DNA of 64,000 nt, from the NCBI RefSeq assembly GCF_006345805.1, contig NC_043006.1:13144001-13208000 (forward strand), given 5' to 3'. The number at the start of each line of letters is the position of its first letter. The stretch's first letter is position 1. This document shows positions 11,485-25,394 of the stretch, one piece after another. The position numbers and the translations under genes are program-made. The stretch comes from Octopus sinensis (taxonomy: Eukaryota). The notes under the pieces are model-generated. The model searched no databases. It saw only the letters and a program-made list of their open reading frames with translations, and was not told where the DNA came from.

Positions 11485-11841
11485 GGGATGGAAGCACTCC
11501 GTCGGTTACGACGATGAGGGTTCCGGTTGATCCGAATCAACGGAACAGCCTGCTCGTGAAATTAACGGGTAAGTGGCTGAGCACTCCACAGACACGTGTA
11601 CCCTTAACGTAGTTCTCGGGGATATTCAGCGTGACACAGAGAGTGACAAGGCCGGCCCTTTGAAATACAGGTACAACAGAAACAGGAAGTAAGAGTGAGA
11701 GAAAGTTGTGGTGAAAGAGTACAGCAGGGATCACCACCATCCCCTGCCGGAGCCTCGTGGAGCTTTTAGGTGTTTTCGCTCAATAAACGCTCACAACGCC
11801 CGGTCTGGGAATCGAAACCGCGAGTCCGCTGCCCTAGCCAC
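11485..11841 (-). mobile_element. 5'-truncated tRNA-derived SINE (M2 long plus tail T3) flanked by a 79-bp direct duplication
   Basis: Matches 32691-32963 in reverse; 11406-11484 identical to 11839-11917. Confidence 0.85.
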
Positions 11842-12159
11842 TGTATCGTTCATACATTTACCCAACTCTCTTTATGGTTGTATTCTTATACGTATAACAG
11901 GTATGTTTGTCCTATCTAACAAATTTCCACTCATTTATTTCATTTTTGTGTTCAATAAGAAAATATATATTACCTTCAATTTTATCTCTCTATTCTCTCT
12001 CTTTCATTGTCCCTTTCTCTGTCTGTCTGTCTCTCTCACTCCCTCTTTCTCTCTCTGTCTCCACTTCGTCTGTTTTGGCATCTATCTTTCTCATATTTCA
12101 TATATATTTGTGTGTGTGTGTGTTGTGTGTGTTGTGTGTGTGAGCGTTTGTGTGAGTGT

Positions 12160-13748
12160 GCTTAGCTTCGTGCTGGGAAGAATCCTCTTAAGTGATATAC
12201 TACAGAAAGCACAGTTGGGGTATGATCTGGGAAGAAGTAAAGGAAAACTGAACCACTTGTTATTCATGGACGACCTGAAGCTATTCACAAAAACTGAGGA
12301 AGAACTGGACAGCCTAGTCCAGTCTGTGCGGATTTTCTCCAATGATATTAAGATGGTGTTTGGACTCTGAAAAATGTGCTACGATGGTGATGAGATGTGG
12401 AAGTTTTTTTTTCAGAAAAGAAGGCATAAGTTTGCCAAGTGGTGGATTGATGAAGGCAATTCAACTTCAATCCAGCTATAAATAACTGGGAATACTTGGG
12501 GCAGATAGAATCAAGCACAATGACAGGAAGGAAAAGACAAAATGAGTGTACCTTCGACGAGTAAGAAAAATATTGGCTTCGAAGCTGAATGCTAGAAACA
12601 TAATTTCGGCAATAAATTCGCGCGCAGTCCTAGTAATTCGGTATGGCGCTGGAATCCTGAAGTAGACAGAGGAGGAACTAAAGGAGATGGACAGTCAAGA
12701 AAGCTTCTAACAATGCGTGGAGCCCATCATCCACGTGCAGACACTGATCTTCCATAAATGAAGAGAGCAAAGGCAGATAGAGGACTGATAAGTATGGAAG
12801 ACTGCGTGCATATCGAACTCCAGAGCTTAATGAGATACCTAGTCCAAAGTAAGGAAATCTTGCTAGTGTCAGTTAGGAAAAAGGGAGTATTGAAAACAAT
12901 GAAACATAGAAAAACAAAAGAAGTGCAAAGCGAACATGAAGAAGAATTATGCAAGAAGGCACGATACAATCAATGCCATGCAGCCACAACAGAATTTGCT
13001 TGAAAAAGGTAGGTGAGATTGACTGATGAAAGGAATACTAAAAAAAGAGACCGAGAGCACCATAAGCAAGTGTCTCCGCTGTGCCACATCTGCAATAGAG
13101 TGGAAGAAACTATTGCCCATATCACGAACGAATGCCCTAGACTTGCCCAAAGCCACTACAAGTTGTGGCAACACGATCAGGTAGCGAAACTGCTGCATTG
13201 GAAACTGTGCGGAAAATGGGGGCTAGAGAAAGGCAAGATGTGGTATGAGCACAAACTACAGTGTGGCGGAGTTGGAGAATCCTAAAATCCTCTGGGATTT
13301 CCCAGTCCAAACGGATCAGGTGCTACAGCTTAACAGACTGGACTTAGCGGTGATGGACATGATGCACCACATATGCTATATAATTGATGTTATATGCCCC
13401 TTTGACCCACGAACAGTCATGAAGAAAGGCAAAAGGATAGATAAATACAACCCTCTTAAATACAAAATAGCCCAGGTATGGAAAATGAAGGTGAAGATAG
13501 TGCCAATTATTGTTGGGTCCTTGGGAACAGAGGGTATCAGAGGGTATCAAGAGGAATATAAAGGAAATTGGAATAGAGTGCCCAGTAGAACTGTTACAAA
13601 AGGTTTGCATCTTTGGTACGGCCAGAATAATGAGGGAAGTAGTAGATAGCTGAAGAGAATGGATAGCACTGTAGCGTAGGCTGCAGGTCGCAAGCCCTCT
13701 ACGTAAGTAAGAATTCATGAGCTCCAACAAAACCTATGATAAAGAGAA

Positions 13749-13750
<2 letters not shown>
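12160..13750 (+). pseudogene. 5'-truncated R4/Dong-like non-LTR retrotransposon (RT, CCHC, restriction-like endonuclease)
   Basis: LNHLLFMDDLKLF (RT), CHICNRVEETIAHITNEC (CCHC), ILWDFPVQTD...RLDL...IIDVICP (degenerate PD..D), VPIIVGSLG; frameshifted; ends at (GAT)n. Confidence 0.85.
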
Positions 13751-13786
<36 letters not shown>

Positions 13787-13990
13787 ACTTTCTACTAAAG
13801 GCACAAGGCCTAAAATTTTGCGAGAGGGCCCTAGTTGATTACGTCGACCCCAGTGTTTCACTGGTACATAACTTATCGACACCGTAAGGATGAAAGACAA
13901 TGTCGACATCAGCGGAATTTGAACTCAGACCGTAAAGATGGGCGAAATGCCGTGAAGTATTTCACCTGGCGGGCTAACGATTCTGCCATC
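13787..13990 (-). mobile_element. tRNA-derived SINE with alternative tail (cttgtgcctttagtagaaag)
   Basis: gcggaatttgaactcag box B-like; head ctaacgattctgcca; same tail type at 49215-49392. Confidence 0.75.
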
Positions 13991-14055
<65 letters not shown>

Positions 14056-14180
14056 AGTAGTAGTAGTACTAGTAGCAGTAGTAGTAGTAGTAGAAGAAGA
14101 AGAAGAAGAAGAAGAAGAAGATGGTGGAGGAGGAGAAGAAGAAGAAGAAGAAGAAGAAGAGAAGAAGAAGAAGAAGAAGT
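13991..14180. repeat. (TAG)n-(GAA)n microsatellite
   Basis: Visible. Confidence 0.95.
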
Positions 14181-14578
14181 AGTTAATGTTAATACATCTA
14201 CTACACCTCGTTCCCTTCCTTTATGCGAACAAAATAGCGAAGAAAGGAAGAAAGAAACTGAGCTGATGACGACGATTCGGAGTCGGCGTGCTTAGAAGTA
14301 AAGATAACCGCATCTCGAATGTCTAATCGTGGATTTCAAAAGAGTGAACTGAGTTATTATCTGAAAATAATACTAATATTGTAGACCAGCTGTGCATTTC
14401 TACTGTAACTGAAAATTAGCTGAAGCAGGTATTCAAATAATGTTTACACAGAGGTCTGTCAGAAATCCTAACATTCGAACTTACATCCGGATGAATTCTT
14501 AACTTAAAAAAGAAGCTAGTACACATGCGTAGTTATGTATGTATATGGTGGGGGGGCGTTTTGTTACATTTTGTTTCT

Positions 14579-14995
14579 TATTTCTTTACTGCCCATAAGG
14601 GGATACACACAGAGGGGACAAACAAGGACAGACAAACGGATTAAGTCGATTATATCGACCCCAGTGCGTAACTGGTACTTATTTAATCGATCCCAAAAGG
14701 ATGAAAGGCAAAGTCCACCTCGGCGGAATTTGAACTCAGAACGTAGCGGCAGACGGAATACCTATTTCTTTATTACCCACAAGGGGCTAAACACAGAGGG
14801 GACAAACAAGGACAGACATAGGTATTAAGTCGATTACATCGACCCCAGTGCGTGATTGGTACTTAATTTATCGACCCCGAAAGGACCAAAGGCAAAGTTG
14901 ACCTCGGCGGAATTTGAACTCAGAACGCAGTGGCAGACGAAATACCGCTAAGCATTTCGCCCGGTGTGCTAACGTTTCTGCCAGCTCGCCGCCTT
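14579..14995 (-). mobile_element. SINE dimer, second unit headless, 17-bp TSD
   Basis: Two tandem bodies joined at 14762/14763; gttttgttacattttgt at 14558-14574 and 14998-15014. Confidence 0.9.
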
Positions 14996-15407
14996 CTGTT
15001 TTGTTACATTTTGTATCTAATCTCATTACTTTCACGCAGCGCATGAGCAACGAACGTTATTTTAAGCAGTTGCTTCTGGATAAGAACCCCTTAGTACACA
15101 CGTCCAATAATACAGGTATTCTAACGATTCCGTTTTTAAGTGAATACCCCTACTCATTAGATAATTCCTATGGTATTACCTTCATTCTTGTAGGCATCCG
15201 CATAAAAATATTTCTCTATTAATTATATGTTTTAAGCCGCTTTAACAAATCTATCTGTGATACCAATCAGCAGCGGAATTAATTATTACTATCAACATAT
15301 TCAATCAGATTTTGTTGTAATTTCTGAATGGTATCTGAGTTCATTTACATATATTAAGGATATCTGATCGAAGTTCGAAGCTGATAGAGCTATTCATAGA
15401 TTATTTT

Positions 15408-15409
15408 GT

Positions 15410-15464
<55 letters not shown>

Positions 15465-15499
15465 TATATATATATATATATAGATATATATATATATGT

Positions 15500-15562
<63 letters not shown>

Positions 15563-15687
15563 ATATGTATATATATATATATCTATATATATATATATAT
15601 TATATATATATATATATTATATATATATATATATATATGTATATAATATATATATATATAGATATTATATATATATTATATATTATA

Positions 15688-15732
<45 letters not shown>

Positions 15733-15742
15733 GTATATATAT
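15408..15742. repeat. Long imperfect (TA)n tract
   Basis: Visible. Confidence 0.95.
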
Positions 15743-16789
15743 AAATCATTATTTTTCAAATCAACTCGTATTTTAGACCCTGATAGTCTCAGCACTTATT
15801 TATTTCGTGTATGGTTTAGGAGACATACTAACGTAGGCAATACAATTTTACATTAGCGTAGATGAAAAGTATCAGTAAAGTAGCCATATGTGTGTTCATC
15901 GATATTTCCAATAGCATACTGTGGATTATTGCATACTGACTCTTTCGCATGACTTATATCCGTTTTAATTACACGGGGAGATGCTAACATCAGCGTATAA
16001 GTACTTCAGCACTTCACCTCAGGACATGATGCAACAGGATACGAAACAACACACGACGACTAAAACCAACACTTTTTACACGTAACACACACATACTTTA
16101 CTACTAAGCATTGAAATGGTGTTAATTATACATTTGTGCTTCATGACAAGTCGATGAGTGTGGTCCTACCAGATGAAACATTTCATGTTTTCTCAATCAA
16201 CTTTTCTGATTGGCTGTTTGTCGTCGTTATATATGCAGAACTACAGAACAATACTTTTTTTGTTATTTTACTTGCAAACTAGCTCAGCCTTATTTTTTTT
16301 TATATGTACTTTTATCCATTACAATAGATGATCAATTATATTTTCTAATGTTGACTCTGCTGCAAGCTCAACTCATAAAATAATAAAACAAATACAGAAC
16401 TGCCTCACAGGTAATACTAATTGCCAGACTAGGATCAAACACCTGAATATTTCTCATTACCAGAAAGCTAACATCTGACTAATTCTCATTAATAGACCGC
16501 TATTCACTAAATTAATATTAAATTTAGGTCTCGACTTCAAAATACTCCCATAACGCAATAAGTATTAACATTATTTACTTTTTTTAACGATACTCATTTT
16601 TTAAGTTTAAAAAAAGTTAATTCAAACTATTTTATTATGAGACTCCAACTAGTTTAGAGATTAACATAGTAAGAACCAGAAAAAGTAAATATGGATATGA
16701 TTCTATTCTTCTTATTGTAACTGCTTCGCATTAATACGAAAATGATATAAACGCCAGAGTTCCCACTCCCGACACCCAAAAGCCAACAA

Positions 16790-17090
16790 TCTGATCACCT
16801 GTTAATGAATATCTCTGCTCACGTCATGTCGTCCTCTCTCGGTTTTGTTCTAGTGATTGCGTCGTCCATATTGTGACAAACCGTAAACCTGTTTTCTCCA
16901 TCTATCGCTATTGTATCATGAACCGGGCCTCCGCTAACGACTTGCCCATTCGTTTCTTTAAGCTATTCTATCCATCTTTTCCTCTGTCCATCCTTCTTTG
17001 TTTCACCTTCCATAGTTATTTGCCGAATGATCTTTGCGCTATCACAGATTTCTTTTCTTCTCCGTAGTGTGACGTTTGTTATGGGGTCCA
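16790..17090 (-). pseudogene. Degenerate 3' end of an RTE-like LINE
   Basis: Minus strand gives HVTLRR...AKIIRQITMEGETKKDGQRKRWIE*LKE, resembling the RTE C-terminal GHV-RR...QG-VEG-R-RGRQR-RW motif. Confidence 0.55.
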
Positions 17091-17524
17091 TTCTAGATAT
17101 TAGTAGAGGTTAGATTAAATAAAAAGCAATCTCAATGAAAGACACGAAAAAATTACTAATTTTGAGACAAAATAGATTAAATATTACTGAAACATTACAT
17201 CTTATAGTCACGCCTTCAACACATTAATTTCGTTTTAGATTTGACACAGATTACTAATTAGGAGAGATATGAATATAGATGAATGAAATGAAGCTAAAAT
17301 ATTACAGGTAGTTACCTGTGTTAGCCTTAGTATACGAAAGGTTGTAAGATATGTATACAGAAGAGTGAGTGAACGACGCCAGCAGAATTTGGATTCATAA
17401 TGCCTTAACACTATCAAGTCTGGTTTGAACATACGTTGGTGGTGTGCGGGCGTGAGTGTGTCCGTGTGTGCATACGTGCGTCTGTGTGCGTGTGTGTGTG
17501 TGTGTATTCGTGTGTGTGCATTTG

Positions 17525-17603
<79 letters not shown>

Positions 17604-17754
17604 ATGTGTGTGTATGTTTGCGTTTGATGTCAAGTCATAAAACACAACTTAACATTAAACCGAAAGATTGCTCATTAGTTTTTAGTATAAAGTTTGAAGG
17701 CTTTTAGTATGAAAAATAAAGGTTGACAGTGACTTCGAACTTTCAGATTGCTTG

Positions 17755-17797
<43 letters not shown>

Positions 17798-19384
17798 GTG
17801 TATCTATGTATGTATACATGTATGTATGCGTGCATATATATCTCTGTGTTTGCGTGTGCGTGTGTGTATGTGTGGGTTTATAAAACTTTGACACAGACCA
17901 CAAATTGTAGAGAAGAAAAGTAAAATTGATGGTTAAATTCCTCCAATACAATAACGATTATTATTTTATTGATCCATGAGGGATGAAATGCGTTCAAACC
18001 GAGTAGGATTTGATATGGAAATCATGATGTTTTAAAAAATACAAACATTTGATTTATTTGATTTATTTGATATATTAACTAACGATATATATAAATATGC
18101 CTGTTTATAAAATAAATGTGCAATTTGATATCCTTTATTATTTCGACATAAAACTGGTAGATTTTTTTTGCCTTTCTTCAACAGTTTTTATGCACTTAAC
18201 TCATCAACGGTGTAAATAAATCATAGATTTAAAAAATGTCTGGTGTTGTAATTACTTAAAGGTATGACGCGGAAACAAATCGAAATATATTGATTCCCCG
18301 TGAGCTTTATCGCAATTTGCAGCAAAATATAGTCAATAAATTTCGCCATGTTGTTTCAAGTGTGCGAAATTCACTATGGCAACACATATGTTTAATAATA
18401 ACTGGAAATCAAGTTCACAAACTAGTATATTCTCATCTCACCGTGTTTACTTACTCACTCAACAAAGAAGTGCAAGTTGCACACCCAGTAAGTATTTCTG
18501 TTTTTACTACTAATGTAAATATCAATCAATAAATATATTGGTCGCGGATTGAATTTACAACAGAGAATATTATTATTATTTATGCATTTGTGTCAATTAT
18601 CATTATTGTTGTTCTGCGTATTTCATATTATTTTTTGTCGTTTCTGCATATACACATATTTTCGTGTAGCATTTTTTCCCTTCCCTATTGTCTTGTCAAA
18701 GTCAGTGTTTGTTTTCAATCCAAGCATAAAGTTTGCTTTTCGAAAAAAAAAACCCCCATTAAATGCAATCAGTGTTAAATCTTTGATTAATTTGAGCTGA
18801 ACTGGGAATTGATGTCATTTTAGTAGAGACCAATCATGCGCTAAATCCAATTAGTGTCCGTCTAATGCTTCGGGTTACTTAACTATTTATCAATTTAGCT
18901 ATGTGTATGTTTGTGTCCGACTTTATCAACGTACGTGCAGTCATAAAAGGCAGGGAATCGGAAGAAAGGAAAACAGAAAAAGTCAGATTAAAATAAATAC
19001 CTATTGTATTAATTTCATTCCTTTAATGCCTCAGTTCGAATTCTTCCAGCGTTGACTTTATGTTTTCCCCTTACCGTACCGATAACATAAGTCCTAGTAG
19101 TACATATGATTGATTTGCTACCTCGTTTTCAAAAGTGGTCTTCTTATTTCGTCAAAGAATAATACTATGTATCAGAACTCTATGAGAATTGACTTTTCAG
19201 TTCAGGGTTTGTCGGTGTACGTCCATTTGGGTTTGATTTAACTCAATTTGAAAGCGGACTTCATAAAGAAGGTAGAAATAATATACATGGTTCAATGTAA
19301 TCGACTATTTTGCTTTTCAAACGCACTCTTTTAATTTAAATTTGAACTTCATATTTCTAAGGAAAATGTTTCTTCTTACGTTTG

Positions 19385-19590
19385 TGTATCAATTTGCAAG
19401 ATTCCTGAAGTGAAATCGTGTGTTGAAACATATATTGTAATACATAGAACAGGAGGAGACACGTGAGATGGAGAGTCGCTGAAGAAGTCACAGGTGTGTG
19501 ACGAAAGATTTCCAGACAATTGACATAAAATAAAAACAATAATAACCAAGTGAAGTACGAATATATAGTGCGTGTGTTTATTTGGCAAGG
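19385..19590 (+). mobile_element. Second copy of family E element
   Basis: Shares tgcaagattcctga.gtgaaatcgtgtgttgaaac and atatagtgcgtgtgtt.atttggcaa with 199-586; contains CTGAAGA-A-GTCAC/GTGAC-GAAA. Confidence 0.6.
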
Positions 19591-19769
19591 AAAATGACCA
19601 TCTTGAAATATAACAATGTTTCTCTTAGATTAACAAGAGATAAAATAGTTTAGATGCTTGGTAAATACTGCTTTTCTCCAAGAGTTGTTCAAAAATAATG
19701 TAGAAGAGAATATGGTTTTTGTATTCTTTCCAACTGCACAAGTTTCTAAAGTAACACTTCCTCAATACA

Positions 19770-20640
19770 AAAGTACTGCTCAGCGTATTCTGCATCACAA
19801 GCTATGCATTTTCGCCATCGATTTAATCCAACTCTCAGATCCTCTTTGAAGAATTCCAGTGTGTACTGTTATGTATACTACTTCACACTTGCTTTCACTT
19901 ACCGTCTGTGTCGTCAAATTGCTATCCCCGAGTATTGTTCGTCATCGCACGGAACAGGTAGAAGTCAGATAGCACCAGATCTAGCGTACTAGGGAGGACG
20001 AGAGAGCACTTACCATGCCAGTTTTCCGAATTCCTGATTTATTGTCAAGGTGTGTGTGGGCCGCTTATTGTCATGATGGTGGCGGATCGTTTTCAGATTC
20101 TTCCTCGATGTTCGGTTTCTTCCTCCTAATGGCTTCACTACGCTTTTTGAGTGTCGCATTGTACCACACGCTATACTCAAAATTGCCATAATTCAGACAA
20201 TCAGGACAAATGACGCCTTTGCTATTCCATAAAATAGCCACCATGAATTTTTGTGACAATCGTTTGCTCTTGAAATTCTTAAACATTGAGAATACATGTG
20301 CCGCCCTTCTACGGACTGAGCTTTCGTTTTTTGGGTCATTAAGATACGCCCACGTTTCCTCCCGTGTCACTAGACTGAAAAAAAACGTATCTTCATTGGC
20401 TGTAAATGCTCCCCCACATCAAATCAGACTTTTAACCTTCTCTCTTTCAAATCGGATGTCAACACGCATTTTACGATTCCCGAAGTCTTCCACCACTTTT
20501 GAGTCACAATGTAACACAAATGGACGGTAACCACGGTAACCACGGTCCATTTATGCAACAAGTTCACGGATTGAGACTCATCTATCCACGTGAATCAATT
20601 CCTACACTCCTTGACAGTTCATGTCAGACGTCAAATCTGA
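19770..20640 (-). pseudogene. Degenerate mariner (DD34D-type) transposase
   Basis: VTREETW, KFMVAILWNSKGVI, AIRRKKP, HDNKRP, FFKE...RWRKCI. Confidence 0.8.
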
Positions 20641-20652
20641 TGGTCTCTTACT

Positions 20653-20913
20653 AAAGTTACCTAGTAAAGTTACCTTCGCAAGTTATGCCGACTCATAAGG
20701 GCCGGTTTCTTGGTTTCGTGATGTATAAATTTCTTACCTGGACGGAACGCCGGTCCATCGCAAGATTACTCATTTTGCCGGCTGAGTGGACTGAAGCAAT
20801 GTGAACTGAAGTGTTTTGCTCAAGAACACAACGCGTTGCTCGGTTCAGGAATCGAAACCACAATCCTGCGATCATGAGTCCAACACCCTAACCTCTAAGC
20901 CACGTGCTTCCAC
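20653..20913 (-). mobile_element. Solo SINE (M1+T1) of the array family, 11-bp TSD
   Basis: Colinear with the 227-bp array unit; ggtctcttact at 20642-20652 and 20914-20924. Confidence 0.9.
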
Positions 20914-21210
20914 GGTCTCTTACTGAGTGGTTTGTCTTCATTATTGGCTTCCCTTTCTTTAGATTTCTTTATGCATTCAGTAACGTCATCGCCGTATGCA
21001 ACCTGTAGCCTCTGTAGATTTCGAACAACCTGCAACTTTCTTCTTCAAGAAATCAATGAAGGCGCGTTGGTCCAACATGGAACCCATATTTTTCTTGCAA
21101 TGAGAAAGGACAAGAAGAGCTACATTACAGAAATAGAAGCATCCGTTCTAGTTGCTTATACAAGTAGAGCAATTTGCACGATGTATGTGAGTATATAAAT
21201 AACTTACACC

Positions 21211-21610
21211 TATTTCTTTACTGCCCACAAGGGGCTACACACAGAGGGGACAAACAAGGACAGACAAACGGATTAAGTCGATTATATCAACCCCAGTGCG
21301 TAACTGGTACTTATTTAATCGACTCTGAAAAGCTGAAAGGCAAAGCCGACCTCGGCGGAATTAGAACTCAGAACGTAACGGTAGACGAAATACCTATTTC
21401 TTTATTAAACACAGAGGGGACAAACAAGGACAGACAAATGGATTAAGTCGATTATATCAAGCCCAGTGCGTAACTGGTACTTATTTAATCGACTCTGAAA
21501 AGATGAAAGGCAAAGTCGACCTCGGCGGAATTTGAACTCAGAACGTAACGGTAGACGAAATACCGCTTAGCATTTCGTCCGGCGTGCTATCGTTTCTGCC
21601 AGCACCGCCT
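21211..21610 (-). mobile_element. SINE dimer with headless second unit
   Basis: Junction 21394/21395; TSD taaataactta at 21196-21206 and 21611-21621. Confidence 0.9.
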
Positions 21611-21841
21611 TAAATAACTTATGCCTACTTTTGCATTACTTTTGGTATAACCATGTCAATAACATGGTGTTGTAGAGAAATGTGCTAATATAGTTATGGA
21701 AGAACATGAATGTCACAATGTGGATGAATGCTCTTTTCCATTAGCATACGAGGCCTGATTCCCTAATCGAAAATAATCTAATCCTCTGAACTCTACTTTT
21801 CAAAACAATACGTATCCTAAAACAACTTTTTATACCTGTCA

Positions 21842-22110
21842 AATTTTGTTATAAGATGATTTCTTATGATTTCCACGTTGCCTCAGAACATAATTTCTTA
21901 TGACAATCATATTTTGTCATAATGTAATTTCTAATTGCTATTACATTTTGTCATAACATAATTTCTTATGACTAACACATTTTGTCATAACATAATTCGT
22001 AACTACTACATTTTGTCATAGAATAATTAATTTCTTGTGACAACCACATGGTATCTTAAATTAATTTCGCATGTTTATCACATTGTATCATAACCTTATT
22101 TCCTGTGAAT
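21842..22110. repeat. Degenerate ~34-bp minisatellite with internal inverted repeat
   Basis: attttgtcata at 21911, 21945, 21979, 22010; unit contains TGTCATAA...TTATGACA. Confidence 0.75.
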
Positions 22111-22955
22111 ACAACAAGTGTTCATTCGGATGTTTTCCTCCTCTGATCTCGTAGAACATAGGGTTTTATCATGGTGCTAAGCATGGCAATGTTTCATATT
22201 AATCAGAAGAGAACAGCAACGCAAGAGAAGCAAAATAGTGAAAAACAGGAAACCAAAATTGAGTAGTACGTTCTGCTTCTATTTGTTATATTCTATGATA
22301 TTTGCCTCGTAGATGGAAAATTTTCGCTAGTGATTTCTACTGTAAACAGAACGTCGCATTCATAATGCCAGACTTTCATTTGAATATATGCTTTCTTTAT
22401 GAGATTGATAAATCAAGCATAGAACGAAAAAGCACTGTTGAGAAAACGACAAAATCTATCAGTTTCACTATAAGCAAACATTAAACTATTTACTTGTTTC
22501 ATCGCAATAATAATCGTAAAACATACATTGATATTCGTATGCAAATTGGAAATGATGTACATTAAATACCTGCGTTTTAATATTCACGTCCGCAGATTAT
22601 GTAAGTACATCTACCGTTAATCTTCAATTCATGTGCAATGTCAATATATAGGATAGTAAACATGTATAGAATTCTTTTGATAGAGCATCTTTTTTGTGTG
22701 ATGTATGTTTAAAACTTCATGTTTATACCTAATTTGTATTGCCTTAGCTAATTCGCAATTTTAATGTTAATATTTCAGTTTCAGTTGTTTGCCTTTTTAT
22801 TTTTTTGTCGTTTTCTTTTTTTTTCATTAATATCATCGACACGCACTAATTAAATAACTAAAATGCGTGAGTAACATTCACAAAATTGAAACATTAATCC
22901 TAATTTCCCATATGTGCATAAATCAGTGAAATATGTATATGAACACACACACACG

Positions 22956-22969
<14 letters not shown>

Positions 22970-23002
<33 letters not shown>

Positions 23003-23044
23003 TATATATATATAATATATATATATATATATTATATATATATA

Positions 23045-23086
<42 letters not shown>

Positions 23087-23295
23087 TATATACATATATA
23101 TATATATACATATATATATACATATACGTATAATATATATATATAATATATATATATATAATATATATACATATATATATATATGTATATATATGTATAT
23201 ATATGTATATATATGTAGAGAGAGATATAGATAGATAGATATATACATATAATATATATGTATATATATTACATATATATACATATATATTATAT
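22970..23295. repeat. Imperfect (TA)n tract
   Basis: Visible. Confidence 0.95.
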
Positions 23296-25394
23296 ATGTC
23301 GGGTTATGTATTATTTACATTAAGAGTCAAGGAGAACGTGGGAGAGAGAGAAAGAGAGAGAGAGAGAGGGGGAGAGGGAAAGAGAGATAGACAGATACTG
23401 AGGGTGAATTGATATTTAACGAAAAATTATTTCCCAGAAGTACTTTCCACAAATATTAGATGTAGATTACAACTTATTAAAATATGCATGGCTAAAAGAT
23501 CTTTAATGTTTTTCCCTCAGAAAAGCGAATCAACTGTAGTTAAAAGCTAATCAGAATTGTTCACAATAATGTATACGCTTGTATACGTTAGGATAACAGC
23601 TACTAATTAATTATTAATAAAAACAATAAGCTCGGTAATAAATTTATAAACCTAAGTAAATGACAAAGAATGGTCATTAGCTTCAAAGAATAAATATGTT
23701 CATTTCGAGAGTAATATTTATTTGTGGTCATGACTGTAGCCATACTTGTTTACTGCGTCGGACAAAGTGCTTTGCGCCATTTCTTCTGAATCTTTATGTT
23801 CTGAGTTCAAATTCCATTGACGTCAATTTCACCTTTCTTCCAACCGCAGTCGTTAAAACAAAATATTTCTGGGATCGATGTTATCCCCTAGCCTCTCCCT
23901 TCAACATTTCTGACCTTGTGTCTAAATTACAAACCATTACTTTTTAAACGAAGTATTCCAAAGAAGTAGCCGTATTCTCGGTCAATTCCTCAGCGACTCA
24001 AACATGAATATTAGATATAACTTGAAGATCGATTAATACTTTTGAAAAGGTTAATACAATAATTACCTAGAATGAGTTATTTTCTTGTATGTGACCACCA
24101 AGAATTTTCTCTCTTTTCTCTCGATTCCTAATCTAAGTTTCTATGCAATAATAAAAGAATGAATTTCAACCAAACTGCAATTATTTCCATCGGTAATGTA
24201 ATATCTCACCTCATAAAATGCGGATGATTTCTAAAAATAATGAAATAGTGCAGTGCATGATTTTCATTGACTAAGAATTTTAAGAACATCATATTAAGTA
24301 AACAAAAAATTAATAAGTGAATTCTACGTATTTTCCCCATATAATTCTTAATTTCTATTTCAAACTTTTAACAGTTTCGAAAATTGGAGAAAGGATTATC
24401 TCCCTTATAACAGCTTTGCCTGTTAGAGGGACCTAGTGTGCTTTATAGAACAAGATTCTTATTAATATATTTGTTGAAAAATACTAATTTTAATGCATTT
24501 TATTTTAAAAAAGGAACTTTTACAAAATATCTAGCTAAATGCGAGAAGTAGATATGCATTATGAGTTACTTTCTTATATTTTGATTCTGAGCATAGCGAC
24601 CAGCAATATTTCAAGGTCATCTCAATTAGTTATAATCCCTCCTTCATAATCAATGTTAGCTATTTAAGAAATCTGGCTTACTAAAAATAATTCTCAATGT
24701 TTACGTTAATGTATGTATTCTGTTTTTTGCTTTCCTCGGTTCAATAGGAATATAATTAGAATCCTTCCTCGGTGTATTTTTATGATATAAGAACACAGTA
24801 TATTAAATGAAAATGTGACTGAAGGAAGTGCTCTGTATACTAGATAAACATAGTAGAATCTCACACATAAAGAATGCAAAGACTCCGATTATCTGAGATT
24901 GTCCTTGCAATCACAAGATTAAAACTCCCTATATAACTTCAAAAAGCCCAGTTTGTCAAAAGGTTTTGGAAAATATAGACGTTGCCGTTAGAATTAGACC
25001 CTGTGTTTAAAGACGACCAGCGTAAGCAACGGACACATTTCAAATTTTCTAGATTTTATTAGCCGTATGTATTCAGCTAAATTGGCAAGACTAAAATATA
25101 TATTTTTTTATTTACAGAAACTGACTGAATCTAAAGTATGATAGGATTAGTAGAGCGTAGGACAAAATGTCTTGCGGTATTTAGTTAAGTCCTTTTAGGT
25201 TCTGATTCTAAACTACATTCGTGTTGACTTTACTCTCCAAACATCAATGTTCAGATAAACTAAGTACCAGTAAAATACTGGAGTCTATATTATCGATTAT
25301 GGCTGCTCATAAAATATGTATGTTTTAATATGTATGACCTCTGGTCCTTTTAGAGTCGTTAAATGAAGTACGTGTCCAGTGTAAGAAATATGTA

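Noticed and set aside
14262-14290. CTGATGA-CGAC...GTCG
   Set aside because: No GAAA after the stem
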